Positions 12,881-26,937 of a stretch of 64,000 nucleotides of DNA are shown in pieces (positions within the stretch are counted from its first letter, which is position 1; the number at the start of each line of letters is the position of its first letter). The stretch lies in assembly GCF_006345805.1 (NCBI RefSeq), contig NC_043002.1, forward strand, positions 87,296,001-87,360,000, given 5' to 3'. A program made the translations under genes and the position numbers. Source of the stretch: Octopus sinensis (lineage: Eukaryota). The notes below the pieces were generated by a model, which was not told where the DNA came from, did no database searches, and saw only the letters and a program-made list of their open reading frames with translations.

Positions 12881-13789
12881 CACACATATACTACTTAGGT
12901 ATTTGTAAATTCACAATTAAATACAGGTTTATTGGTACGTGTGAGCACGCGCGTACACAACTATATCATTATGCAGCTCTCCTTTATGGATTTTTTTTGA
13001 GAATCCTATCCATTAGATATATCTTGGCAACTAAAGCTAATGTCTTTCTCTCACAATATGTATCTCTAATCGTTACGTTCTGGGCTATTCACATAGAACC
13101 CAATACGATGTTCAGCAAGCGGATATTGATCGCTAACAACTGTTATAACCTTCAGATTGACTGAAGCAGTAGTTTGTACTTATTTTCGAGATGAGCCATA
13201 AAGATTTCCAATACAGATAGGTGTTACCGGAAATGACATTTTCAGAGAAAACATCGACAGAAAAATAAGCAATCTTTTTGATCTTTGCAAGATATTTTCC
13301 TTAGCGAAGCTAAAGAAAAGATCAAGCTATAGTTATTATGTGAAATGGATTGAAAGAGATAAAGATCGTTGATCTTCTTAAAGAAAAAAAAAGTGTTTCA
13401 GTTCATGCCCTGAATGTATGAAATATATACAAATATTTAGATTATGTCAGAAGATAAGAATTCAATATAAATAACGGTTATCTCTATTGGACGATCTAAT
13501 TTTCTGAATATATCTGGCTAAGTTTCTTACTTGCTATTGATTCTTTAGATGAACAGAAGAATACTAAACACTTTAACGAAAGGAATGTGGGATCGCATGA
13601 CAATCATGCTGTTCTTAAGAACATGTTCTGGTACGGCTACTAATATGTCACAATACAATTGATGATTTAGACACCCACATCTACACACATTCACACATAC
13701 GCATGAAATCGCATATGTTGGCCCAATACATATATACACGCCCAAACCTAGTCATAAATATATGTATACCTATCTGTATTTATATATTC

Positions 13790-13849
<60 letters not shown>

Positions 13850-15154
13850 AGTAAATAAATGGAGTTGAACGCAGATGTTATTAAAATTCTTTTACTTTCG
13901 ACATATATTTCGAAGACAACATTGGTTTTATTCCAAAGGAATAAACGGCTCTCTTTCTTTCCTGATGAGAAGATTGCATTTTAAAACCAATGTTGTCTTC
14001 GAAACATATGTCGAAAGTAAAAGAATTTTAATAACACCTGCGTTAAACTCCATTTATTTACTTATACTCCACAAATTACTGCACATTAACCCGGAGTTTC
14101 TACCTTTGAATAGGTCGCTTCATCCGTGTTACTTGCGTGAATTTTGCTACCCTGGTAACTGTTTATTGAATTTTCCATGTTAGCGGTAAACAAAGGATAA
14201 TTCATTCATCCATTTATATATATATATATATATATATTACTTATAAATAAGAGTGTATGTTGTTACGTGTGTATGTTCAGCCCCGAAAGGCACTGAAACG
14301 GTGCATCCTCGAGAAAAACGAATTTGATTTTTGAAATCTGCGTCTCATAGAGAAGGTTGCCCGTAAATAATCATTAAAAAATATATAATTTGCTACGAGA
14401 AATAATTCAACTTTTAGATCGATATAACTCCTACTCTCTATCTGGCACCATGAGGCCTTCTCTCTCTCTTTCACACATTCCACTCTCTCTATATATTAAT
14501 CACTTTATCACCCTCTCTGGATAAGTATTATCTTTCAACATGCTGCTCTCTCTCTGTCTCTCTCTCTCTCTCTCTTTCTCTGCATGTGATATACAATTGC
14601 TTTCATTTTATCTAAAGCTTTGTCTTCTAATACTTTCGTTTTATGATACACAGCTATTACGTACAAAATGCTAGCATAGCCTTTCATCCTTTTGGAATCT
14701 CTCTCACCTTTCCTTCTCTCCTCCTCTCTGCAATTCGAAATTCCAATCTTAATATATTCGGCTTAAAAACGGCGTTAAAATTTCGTGTCTGTGGATCATT
14801 AATTTAATGAGCAGGAACCTAACGCTAACCGCCAAGACCTACTGGAAATTCATTATTCCACTTAACCTATTTTATATATTGACTTAACCTGAGATATTTT
14901 TATTTCAGCATATATTGTTCTCGGACGATATATGACACAATATGAGATTATCAATGAACTAAACAGATAGCTTAAGAATCACTTCTACATATTTAACACG
15001 TCCAAGAAAGACGTCACAAACATTTACTATTTACAAATCAACTTCACGAATAATATCCAACCAGGGTTCAACTTTAAACTACGCTGCCATGCCAGTTTAT
15101 CGTTCTCTCATATGCACATGCATAATTTTCATCTAGTACTAATCATCCCCAGGA

Positions 15155-15580
15155 GGTGGTGAGCTGGCAGAATCATTAGCACGCCGAACAAAATACATCG
15201 CGATTTTTCGGTCGTCTTTAAGTTCTGAGTTCACATTCCGCCGAGGTCGACTTTGCCTTTCATCTTTTCTGTATCGATGAAATTAGTACCAGTTGAGCAC
15301 TTGGGGCGATGTAGTCATCTATCTCCTTCCTACCAAATTTTAGACCAAGTGCCTATAGTAGAATGGATTATTTATTAGTGCATGAAGGCGACGAGCTGGA
15401 AGAATTATTAGTACATGGGACAAAAGGATTAGCAGAATTTATTCTGGCTCTTTGTGCTCTGATTTCAAATTCTGCTGAAGTCGATTTTTCCTTTCATCCT
15501 TTCGGGGTGATGAAATAAGTACCAGTTAAATACTCCTGCATCCAAAATTTCGGATCTTGTGCCTATGGTGGAAAGAGTAA
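15155..15580 (+). mobile_element. Two tandem SINE family B copies
   Basis: ggtgagctggcagaatcattagcacg and ggcgacgagctggaagaatt heads with the family B core. Confidence 0.8.
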
Positions 15581-16605
15581 TCAATTATTGCAATATCTGA
15601 ATATTACCTATAATTGTTATCGAGAAAGAAAAAAAGTCTTGTATTTAACTATCTCAGCATATCTGTTTCCTTTTTGGATGCGACCTAATTTTAGTAAAGA
15701 ATAAAACATGCTTTTTTATTGTTTCTCAAAATAAATTTAATTAGTGTGATTTAATCTAATTCGATGGTTCGACTAACATTTCTGTTCGTATATATTTTCT
15801 TCTTCGTACTTGTTAAAAAACAAACAGATAGATGAATTCAACGGAACCACCAAACATGTAACGTTCGTACCTACTTTGTGAACGGCAAACAATTAAATGA
15901 AAGGCTTTTTTTCCTTTCGTCATGTCTTTCCATACGTTAAATGATCTCCAGTTAATTCATTATAGCCTATTGATTCCCCATTGGCCAAACATTTAAACAG
16001 CATTGTAAATTAGAAAGCTTTGTTAAATGAGTTGTAATCAATACAAATCTAACTAGCTCACGGATGATGTCGAAGACCAGTTTAAATAGCCGTAAATGCA
16101 TTCCTCAGATTTCTATATGTAATTATAGTCTGAAAGGCCTAATAGATAAACCACATTACCATTGTCGGTGCTTAGAAGGATTCGTTAAACACAGCTTCCA
16201 TTTCATGTTTTCTATAATGTTCCTCGCTTCTATTGGAACAGTATTGATTTACCAATTAATCAATGTTTCATTACCTATACATCGATGTTTGTAGGTAAAT
16301 TGTTATGTTGACATATTTCACCACCTTCAGTCAGTCATTACACACCTCATGATGTCTTCTCCAAAACTAAACACAATTCGTACTAATTTTCTTTCCGCCA
16401 TTCTTCTCTGCTGTCGATTTTACAAAAATATACACATATACACACATACATATAGACATACATGCATATGTATGTGTGTGTGTGAGTGTGTGCACGCGCG
16501 TGCGTGCGTGTGTAAACATACGTTTATGTAGACATTATATTTGTATAAAGATTACATTGTGCAAAGACCTATTAGAGATTCCATATTAACTTTCTCTCTC
16601 TCTCT

Positions 16606-16670
<65 letters not shown>

Positions 16671-16959
16671 ATTTGTATTATATTATATATATGTATATGT
16701 GTATATATATATACATGTATACAAACATATATATATACATATATACATACATACACACACACACACACATATATATATATGATAGATAGGTAGCAACCAC
16801 ACACATCTTTTTCCTCTCCTTGTTTTTTTCTGTGTCCCTTTCTGTAGAAGAGCGTCGGCTCGAATCGTAAAAGACTTTTTCTATTCCTGAGCGTTATACT
16901 AATACATCTTCTTGTTTTATAACCACCTGTCTTCATCTTTTGTTCTTTTCGTGAACTCT

Positions 16960-17033
<74 letters not shown>

Positions 17034-17055
17034 AAGCAACAAGAATGGATCAATA

Positions 17056-17144
17056 TTTCGGTACAATTGTTTCGTACGAAGACAGCTTTATTAAGGCTGC
17101 AAATATTACAGTAAATATAAGTGACCCGTACTCATCAGCCGAAA
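17056..17144 (-). ncRNA. Type I hammerhead ribozyme, canonical core, large branched stem II
   Basis: Minus strand reads UUUCGG-CUGAUGA-GUACG...CGUAC-GAAA-CAAUU-GUA/CCGAAA: 6-bp stem I, 5-bp stem II with G10.1-C11.1, palindromic stem III ACAAUUGU, GUA cleavage triplet. Confidence 0.85.
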
Positions 17145-17439
17145 AAACATCTGAGTTCTCCAAACATCTAAAGGGGTGATGTTACACTCCTGAAACATCA
17201 GGGATAGTTCTATAAAAATAAGAATTAGGTAACAAACGGACTTCTAAAAGTTCTTTTAGTGTTGCACAGTCATATAACGGGTTTTAAAAAAGTATTTTAA
17301 AAAGCCTCTTAGTTTCCCAGAAAATGAAAATGAAAATGAAAATGAAAATGTAAATCCATCCATAATTGAAGTAAGTTTGATTTCTGGAGATATGAGGAGA
17401 GGTATCATATTTACAGAAGATGCATTGAACTCACTTGAA

Positions 17440-17481
17440 TCTTAATTGCTTTTACTGTGTGTATATATATATATATATATT

Positions 17482-17556
<75 letters not shown>

Positions 17557-17602
17557 TACATACATATATATATATGTATGTATATATACATACATATATA
17601 TG

Positions 17603-17680
<78 letters not shown>

Positions 17681-17708
17681 ATATATATATTATATATATA
17701 TATATATG
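17440..17708. repeat. (TA)n-rich compound microsatellite (similar at 16964-17027 and 20370-20562)
   Basis: Directly visible. Confidence 0.95.
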
Positions 17709-17711
17709 TAT

Positions 17712-19554
17712 ACGGAGTTTTATAAACACCTAGTGCTTTCCATGCTAAACAATAACATTTTCTATGATATTATTAACAACTATAAAAAACAAAAAACAAT
17801 AAGAAACCTCACCACACTCATACTCCAACACGGTGAGGGACTCACAGAAAAAGAAAGGGATTATATCACCAATTTCAAATGCAAGCCCAGCCTTTTTTAT
17901 GGCCTTCCTAAAATCCATAAAAACAAATACATCACCGAAGCCTGCAAACTCTCCTCTGACATCCACATCAACATCAAAGCACCGGAGGACTTAAAACTAA
18001 GGCCCATCGTGGCTGGCACCTTCTGTGAAACACACCGCCTGAGTAATTTCCTAGACATCCTTTTGAAACCTTTCCTTACCCACATCAAAGGTTACATTAG
18101 GGATGATCTGGACATGCTCAAACACCTCCCGAAAACAGTTAACGAGGAGGCGCTCCTGGTATCCTTTGATGTCATCAACCTCTACACCAACATCCCACAT
18201 GAATATGGTATTGAGGCAATTGATTTCTGGCTAGAAAAACACCCAGAGTCATTCCCTGACCGCATTCACAAGACCTTCATTACGGAATCACTCAAGTTCA
18301 TTCCAACAAACAATTTTTTCCTCTTCGAGAACACACACTACCGTCAAAAATGATATTTCACTCTATGAAATATCACGCCAGAAATTTGGACATGTTTTCC
18401 ACACCTACCTCATGGAAAACTGGAAAAGGTATTTGGATGATTGTTTCATCATATGGAAAGAACCTTATGAAAACCTTCTGGAATTCAAAACCATACTGAA
18501 CAACATACATCCCAACATCCAATTCACTATGGAATTAAGCAAACGTCATCTCCCTTTCCTTGATCTCCTAATTATAAAAACACCTAAGAACGAAATCATA
18601 ACAGACATCTACCACAAACCTACAGACTCACAACAATACCTCCTCTTTAGTTCATGCCACCCAAAACACACCAAGACAAATATCCCTTTCAACTTAGCTA
18701 AAAGGGTATGCACCATTGTCTCGGATCCCAAAACACGAGAAATACGCCTTCAAGACCTCAAAAAAACACTATTACAACGCCAATATCCCTCCACCCTTAT
18801 AGAGTATGGAATAAAACGCGCCAAAGAACTAGACAACATTACACTGAAAACCACCCAGCCTAACACCACACACAACCCCAAAATACTTCCATACATTTCC
18901 ACCCACAACCCCAAAAATATCGAAGCATACACCACAATCATACAAAACCTCAGTCTACTGTCAACAGACCCAAAAATGAAAAACATTATAAATACACACA
19001 AAATCCTCAAATGTAAAAGGCAACACAAATCTTAAAAAAAACTCTTGACAAATGCCAAACTTCACACACCACATCCACCCCCAGCAGTTAAAAAATGTGC
19101 ACGCCCAAACTGTGGCACCTGCCCCTTCCTACTTGAAGGCTCTGATTTTATCTTCAAACAAGGAACGAAGTTTAAAATCAAGACTAACTTCCCCTGTTCC
19201 TCCGAAAACCTTATCTACGTTCTCACATGCGCTGGTTGCCAACATAATTATGTTGGACAAACGAGTCTCCCGTTACGTAAACGAGTAGCGGTGCATAAAG
19301 AACAAATAAATCTCCCGGAATACCGACAAATTCCACTGAGTGGCCACATAGGCTCATGCGCTAAAGACATAAATCCCAAATTCTACATATTCCCCTTCTA
19401 CCAATGTAAAGACGGGATCACCACACAGGAGAGAATTAACAAGGAGAATCTCTTTATTGAAAATTCAAAACGCAACTTAATATGCAAACTCCTCATTGAT
19501 CATACTTCCTTTTTCTACCTCATTCTTCATGGATGGACTAACACAAATATATAA
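17712..19554 (+). mobile_element. Penelope-like retroelement (RT + GIY-YIG endonuclease), 5'-truncated, broken ORF
   Basis: FYGLPKIHK, LRPIVA, LLVSFDVINLYTNIP, WKRYLDDCF, LPFLDLLI, CxxxxCGTC, NLIYVLTC..C..YVGQT..LRKRVAVH across ORFs 17706-18353, 18412-19035 and 19045-19554. Confidence 0.95.
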
Positions 19555-20384
19555 GGATACCATGCATTCATCACTTCAAGCTAAAACTTATATTCTTTAA
19601 ATATCATTATTATTATTGTTGTTATTATTACTATCATTTTTATTATATATGACATAACTGAAATGTAATTATAAATTAGTTTATGCAAACTTATATAATT
19701 AGAAAATAATATAAATAAAGTGTTAAAATCTGAATGTTAAGTTAGCAAACAATTATATAAAAAAGATAATGCAAATGAAGCCAAAATGATAATTTTATAA
19801 TTTAAGGTTTATTAACACCCTTTATCACAAAAAATTGATAAACACAAATTGAAGAGCTCAAAACCCATAGAGTTGTCTCCCCTTATTCACAACACAGGCA
19901 CTGAAGAACTACAATTACTACTACTTCCTGTTTTGCCAACACCCTTAATTAAACTAAACAACACATGGCTTTAATCCCATTGGATCCTAATACTTCAAGG
20001 TAATTCTTTCGTGAGCAATCATTAAACTCAAGATACACAAAGACTTCACAATGTATCGGAGTACTTGTTTTTTAATTTTTGTACATATTTATTATTTTTT
20101 TTTGCAAAAAACAATATAATTTTCTTTTTTCCCCTTTCTCACTTTAAAAAAAAAATTTTTCCCTTTACAATTCTTGAAAAGTCACATTATTATGAAAACC
20201 GGTTTGAATTAATATATAATTATATATTTTGTCAATTTTTCAAAAAACTTTTTTCCATACACCCATTTGCATTAAAATTTTCTTTCAATTTAGCATTCTG
20301 CATTTTTACAATTTTTCCTTGCTTATCATTTCTCCACGTGCGGTCAACACAACCCTACCATTTCTGATCTATATATATATATAT

Positions 20385-20501
<117 letters not shown>

Positions 20502-21031
20502 ATATATATATATATACATACATACATACATACATACATATACATATATATATATATATATAATATAGGTTTTTGCAGTCATCTTCGTACGTTTGTCATT
20601 CAATTTGACAATCGGGTCATTCAAAGTTACGAAAAAAATTAAATTAGTCATTCAAATTCAATTTTCGATCATTCAGTTTCGCACTTCGGCCAAAGAATTT
20701 AGCATTTACATTATTCAAATTAAAAGGCCCGTCGATAGTATTCAAATTAGTCGGAATGCGAGGAAGGGTCTTTTCGAGTATTCAAATTCGCAATTGAGCA
20801 TTCGAGTCCGGAATAAGTTTATTCAATTTAGTTCTAATTTTACATGTGTGTTTTTAATCACATTGTAAGAAGTGAATGTTAAAAACGAGAAACTTAAATT
20901 GCATGCTTTATCATGCAACGTTTATTATGTTGCTATAGCTACGAGGGAGAAATAAATTTCGTGATTCTTCTGTCCACGAAAGTCTTTTTCATGCAACATT
21001 CGCAACCGGTCGGTATCAATATCATTTTATA

Positions 21032-21700
21032 AGCGGCGAGCTGGCAGTAACGTTAGCACGCCGGTCGAAATGCGTAGCCGTATTTCGTCTGCTGTTACGT
21101 TCTGAGTTTAAAATCCGCCGAGGTCGACTTTGCCTTTCATCCTTTCGGGGTCGATTAAATAAGTACCAGTTACGCACTGGGGTCGATGCGATCGACTTAA
21201 TCCGTTTGTTTGTCCTTGTTTGTCCTCTCTGTGTTTAGCCCCTTGTGGGTAGTAAAGGAATAGGTATTTAAGAAGGCGGCGAGCTGGCAGAAACCTTAGC
21301 ACGCCGGGCGAAATACTTAGCGGTATTTCGTCTGCGTTACGTTGTGAGTTCAAATTCCGCCGAGGTCGACTTTGCCTTTCATCCTTTCGGGGTCGATAAA
21401 TTAAGTACCAGTTACGCATTGGGGTCGATGTAATCGACTTAATACCTATGTCTGTCCTTGTTTGTCCCCTCTGTGTTTAGCCCCTTGTGGGTAATAAAGA
21501 AATAGGTATTTCGTCTGCCGCTACGTTCTTTGCCTTTCTTCCTTTTGCCGAGGTCGACATTGCCTTTCATCCTTTTGGGGTCGATAAATTAAGTACCAGT
21601 TACGCACTGAGGTCGATATAATCGATTTAATCCGTTTCTCTGTCTTTGTTTGTCCCCTCTGTGTGTAGCCTCTTGTGGGTAGTAAATAAATAGGTTTCAG
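21032..21700 (+). mobile_element. Tandem array of 3-4 SINE family B units
   Basis: Repeated gcggcgagctggcag head and gaggtcgactttgcctttcatcc...tgtttagccccttgtgggtagtaaag units. Confidence 0.9.
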
Positions 21701-21739
21701 TATCTTTTATATGCCTTTCTTTTACACCAACTTTTAATT

Positions 21740-22815
21740 ATGGAGCCACGCGTAAGGTACATGCGTATATCGGACGAAGATACGGTAAGGCCGATTGACG
21801 CCTTCGAGGGGCATCAAACCGATTACCTGAAACTGGCAGACACACTTGGCATTAAAAAGAAGTACTGCCCGATCCATAGTAGCGACATCCTACGGTCTGG
21901 GAGTTGCCTCAAGTTGCCCAGAGGAGGTGCCCATCACGTTAAGGTTGATGAGGAAATTCGAGCCAGGGTCCAGGTGATTGTTGATGCTAACCTACTCGCA
22001 ACTCTTCAACAGATGAAGAGGGACTTTCGGTCAATGCTGACTTAGAGACAGCATTGACTGAAAAGCCGCCTGTTTCCGTGTCTAAAATCTCATGCGCTCT
22101 AGATAGGATGTTGATGACTATGAAGTTGGCCGAAGACGTCCCAGATGCAAGAAATGCCTCAAGAGCTCCGGAAAAGCGCTTATGAATATGCACATTAGTT
22201 CATGGAAGAGGGAGTCGTCAGCCATTATGTATTCATTGATGTCTGTGGGTACATTTAGACCAGGCGCTCCTTTGGACGAGCCCCTCGAGGCGTTCCTGTT
22301 CGCCGAGTTGTCAACCGCCAACGTGGGAAAAACTGCAACGCCATTTTCGCAGTGTCGGGAGAAATCGTCCTGGTTCACCACTCCATGGCGAACGATACCT
22401 TTACACGAAACTCTTTCGAGGGCTTATTGCGAAACAATTTCAGCGTGTGCCGACATGTTCCTAGCGGATGGATCTGTCTACTTGATCTACGCGCGGCCAC
22501 ACGTTCCTGCCCAGTTCCCAGCTGACGCCGACACACGTATCAGTCTGAAACTCCTGCCTCTCTACTCGCTGTTTCTTAATTGTGCGGAAATGGTGCATTC
22601 TGCCGTGAAGGCGGCTGTGAAGCGGGACCTCGCTCGGGCTGAGTTGCAGCAAAGGGTTGGCGACCGGGCAGCTGTAGAAGCTGGCATGATCATGAAAGAA
22701 TGGTGAGCACATGCCATACAACAAGTCGCAAGGCGTAACATCGACTCTATCAGTCCAGAAAATTGTGTTCGTTGGTTTAAACACGCTCAGACCTACCTCT
22801 CGAGATGCCTCGACC
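21740..22815 (+). mobile_element. Tc1/IS630-like transposase, frameshifted
   Basis: N-terminal HTH (RISDED...LKLADTLGIK), PRGG linker, YLIY(DN lost)ARPH, LPLYSLFLNCAEMVHSAVK, ending CLDRQEIED*. Confidence 0.75.
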
Positions 22816-23249
22816 GCCAGGAAATAGAGGACTAAGTCCTCTCAAACGAACTCTCCTTATCAAGGCTGTAAATCAGAAATTATCTCAGTGTACATAGCAC
22901 CCTTTCTCCGATGAAAAAATGAATGCAAAATCAAAGAAATATATACTTTTCCCAACAAGACATATCATGCAAAGGAAGAACACATATCACAGCATAATGT
23001 ATTCAGAATCAAAGCAAATGAGCATTTGTTGTAATTGTGAGTTTCTTTATAAAGACTGAAAAGGCTGGAATGCGATTTCATGACGTCTTTAACAATAAAT
23101 ACATGTACCTATGCAAAAATAAAAGAACACATAGAAAAGACATGGGCACGATAGAGCGCTTAAAGCATAAACAATGGATGAAAACACATGACTATGGTAA
23201 CAATGATCATGAGATAAAACAAAAAAAAAACGTCAGTCTGTCTCTCTAT

Positions 23250-23390
23250 TGCCACCTTGGAGCAGATGACAGAAATCTATTGGTTTGGAAAGAGGTGGTC
23301 TGTGATAGTTTTAAAGTATTCGAAACACAAAGGAACCATGCTAAAAGTTCCATCTCGACACACAAACACTTCGTAAACAGGATTTGACTT
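23250..23390 (+). mobile_element. RTE 3' end remnant
   Basis: LGADDRNLLVWKEVVCDSFKVFETQR resembles an RTE C-terminal segment. Confidence 0.4.
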
Positions 23391-23500
23391 TAATCTCAGA
23401 CACATTTCTGTGATGAGATTTCACAACGGAACTTACTGAATACAGAGTTCTGTAAAGAAGTAGCAACCACCGTATACACACGCACACACACACACACACA

Positions 23501-24715
23501 CGATGGTCGGCTGAAATATTTATAGGCTGACCAAGTGACCAAGATGTTCTCATGAAATGTGACCAACAGTGCTTGAATGCCATTGGGGAAGAAGCTTTCA
23601 TCCTGTTGCTTCAAAAGTATCATCAACAGCAGATATGACGTCATCATCACTGCGATACTGATTCTCAGCCAAGTTTTTTTTATGTTGAACATCTGATAGT
23701 CAGATGAAGCCAAATCAGGAGAATAGTTCAAAACCTCAGTCATGTAGAGCAGTAATTGAAACCAAGGACTTGTGTGCTGGAGCACTGATGAAACTGAACT
23801 CTTTTCCTCAGTTTCCTTGTACGTTTAGTCTTGATAACCCTTTGTTACTGCTTTAGCAAGTTGGCATAATACTCCCCATTCATGGTGTCACCATTTTGAA
23901 GATAGTCAATTAACACAATGCTTTTGAGATCCTCCAAAACTGAAGCCACCATCTTCTCCACTGATGAAACAACCTTGGCCTTCTGTGGAGCAGGTGAGGA
24001 GGAGTGTTTCTACTGCATGGATTGTCTCTTTGTCGCTGGTTCAAAGTGGTGAACCCAACACTCATTCTGAGTTAGGAAATGTTCAACAAAACCAGCTGGA
24101 GCTGCCTCAAACGCTGTCAGATTTTCTCAGTAGTGTGATCAGCCTTGTGCGCTTTTGATCAGGGATCAGAAGTCTTGTCATTCACCGAGCAGAAACCTTC
24201 GTCATGCCAGTTCATTGTGCAGAATATTATCAACTGTCTCACGACATATGCTAATAACATCGACAATTTGATTTATAGTGAATCGCATGTCACCCATTAC
24301 TTTGTGATGAACACGATTAAGGTTTTCCTCAGTGGTGGCAGTTGCAGACATCCTGAACTTGTGTCATCTTCAGGACTCTTCCTTTCCATCCAAAATTCAA
24401 CTGGCGACTTTTCCATTTTGATAAAGTTAGAGTGTCATCCCCTAATGTAGCAAGCATGTCAGTATGAATGTCGTTGGGGCTTAAGCCCTTCTTCTGCAGG
24501 TATTTGATAGCACCACGATGCCAAATTTTGTCAATTTTCAAGGGAAATCGCTACTAGTTGTTTTTGAAGTCTTCTTTGAACAGCTAGATATCAGTTTCCA
24601 TGGAAAGAAACAATGTAGATATTAATAAGAAGGGTCGAAAATAATGCTTGCAAGTTTTCATAGCTCTAGCATCTCTCCTTCATAGTCAACCTAGGAACTG
24701 TTCAGATCACTCTGG
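23501..24715 (-). mobile_element. Full-length decayed mariner element
   Basis: Degenerate TIRs (cgatggtcggctgaaatatttataggctgacc / tagtcaacctaggaactgttcag). N-terminus MKIDKIWHRGAIKYLQKKGLSPNDIH; YSPDLASSDY motif. Confidence 0.85.
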
Positions 24716-25904
24716 AATACTTATATACGCGCGTCTCTGTAAGGCGATATTTAGTTCTGAAATACCAAACATTAAACTTCTATTTTCTGAAATATGTAAA
24801 TTTAGCTGGCTTTAACTGATATTGTCATATATTTGATGTGGTAGTTTAAATTTAGACGTCTGTTTAACTATGGGGCACAAATACGCTATTGTAGGCCATA
24901 TTCTGTTTCTTCAGTTTTACAGGTTTCAAACAGATTTGTATATCTCAGTAAGAAGATAAATCTGTACATTAGTTTCATCAATAAAAATTATAATTAACTT
25001 AGTTATTCTCTTCTTACACCATTTATTATAGGTGTAAGAGCATAAAGTGATGAATTTGTTTATTATCAAATCATTCTGTGATTTAATAATTTCGACGGCT
25101 GTTAAAATCAAAAATAACTCCAGGTGGGTTAAATATAGTGACTGGCAAAAATTTTAGGTTTATTTATAATTCTCTGGTCTGGCAAGTAAGGGAAACAAAT
25201 TCGAACGTTTCCGTTATAACAGTCTGTCTCTCGATTACTTATAGATATGCAGACGATAAAAAAGGGAAGCAGCCGGACAACGTTTTAAAGACGTTGCCAA
25301 AAGAATATACCGAACTGGTATTTGAAATATCGATTGTTTTTACTACTATCAGATATAACTATACAGTCTGCAAAGACAAGAGAATTCGCTTTTGCAAGCA
25401 GCCAATTTCAGCGATGTATAGTTCATGAGTGTTTCTATTGCCTTCAATAACTAAAAGAAACTCATGCATTAAAAGTACAGCGAGGATGGTTTGGTGACAT
25501 TCTACATACTTTTGATAACTGTTTTAGGTGCCTATATATCGGGATCAGACGTAGACTGTCTCTCTTCTCCCTCCCTCGCAACGCAGCAGAACATCACAGA
25601 TGTGACAAGTGGAGAGAGAAAGCGCGAGAGATACAGCATTTGGTATGTTGAAGTAACAATATACTGCGTCTTTCTCAAGGAGATAACAACACACCCAGCC
25701 CAGGAAGCAGTATCACTACCTTATCAACTCATCAGGCTAAGCACCTTTACAATTAATCGATTAGAATATATATATATATATATCAAACTAAAGTTATTGA
25801 ACAAACAAAGGCAAGGTCATCCGCATATCATTTCATAATTCGAACATTTAATCATAGAATATACATATAAACATCCCGCAAGATGGAACATAATTAATCT
25901 GTAC

Positions 25905-26532
25905 AAGCATACAAGCATATAATAATAATAAGGTGCGACAAAAAATTTTTTTCATCACAGTTTAGAGTTAATATTTTAGCGATTCAGAAAAATACATTTT
26001 TTTAAAGAAAACCTAGAAAGTAAAAATATAATATAAAGTAATATATAAAAATATATAGGTATATAAAAATATATAATATATATATATATACATATAGGAG
26101 CATATAAAAATATATAATATATATCATGTAAATAAAATAAAAGTTCATCGTTTAGAAATCTTATTAAAATAATTATTCAAGTAAAAGAAGCCTTATAGTT
26201 AAAAAGGGAACCATATATATATATATATATGGTTCCCTATAAGGCTTCTTTTACTTGAATAATTAATTTAATAAGATTTCTAAACGATGAACTTTTATTT
26301 TATTTACATGATATATATTATATATTTTTTATATGCTCCTATATGTATATATATATATATTTTTATATTTTTATATACCTATATATTTTTATATATTACT
26401 TTATATTATATTTTTACTTTCTAGGTTTTCTTTAAAAAAATGTATTTTTCTGAATCGCTAAAATATTAACTCTAAACTGTGATGAAAAAATATTTTTGTC
26501 GCACCTTATTATTATTATATGCTTGTATGCTT
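25905..26532. repeat. Long inverted repeat, ~305-bp arms, (AT)9 spacer
   Basis: 25905-26212 is the reverse complement of 26231-26532, with few indels. Confidence 0.95.
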
Positions 26533-26534
26533 TT

Positions 26535-26740
26535 CCTTTCCTTTCCTTGTTTCAGTCATTTGACTGTGGCCATGCTGGAGCAACGCCTTTAGTCGAGCAA
26601 ATCGACCGCAGGACTTATTCTTTGTAAGCCTAGTACTATCGGTCTCTTTTGCCGAACTGCTAAGTTACGGGGACGTAAACACATTAGCATCGGTTGTCAA
26701 GCGATGTTGGGGGGATTTTCACAGACACACAAACATATAC

Positions 26741-26799
<59 letters not shown>

Positions 26800-26937
26800 C
26801 GACGGGCTTCTTTCAGTTTCCGTCTGCCAAATCCATTCTCAAAGCTTTGATCGGCCTGAGTCTATAGTAGAAGACACTTGCCCAAGGTGCCACGTAGTAG
26901 GACTGAACCCGGAACCATGTGGTTCGTAAGCAAGCCA
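26535..26937 (-). mobile_element. SINE family A copy, head cut by the adjacent PLE fragment
   Basis: Reverse-complement family A sequence. Confidence 0.9.
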
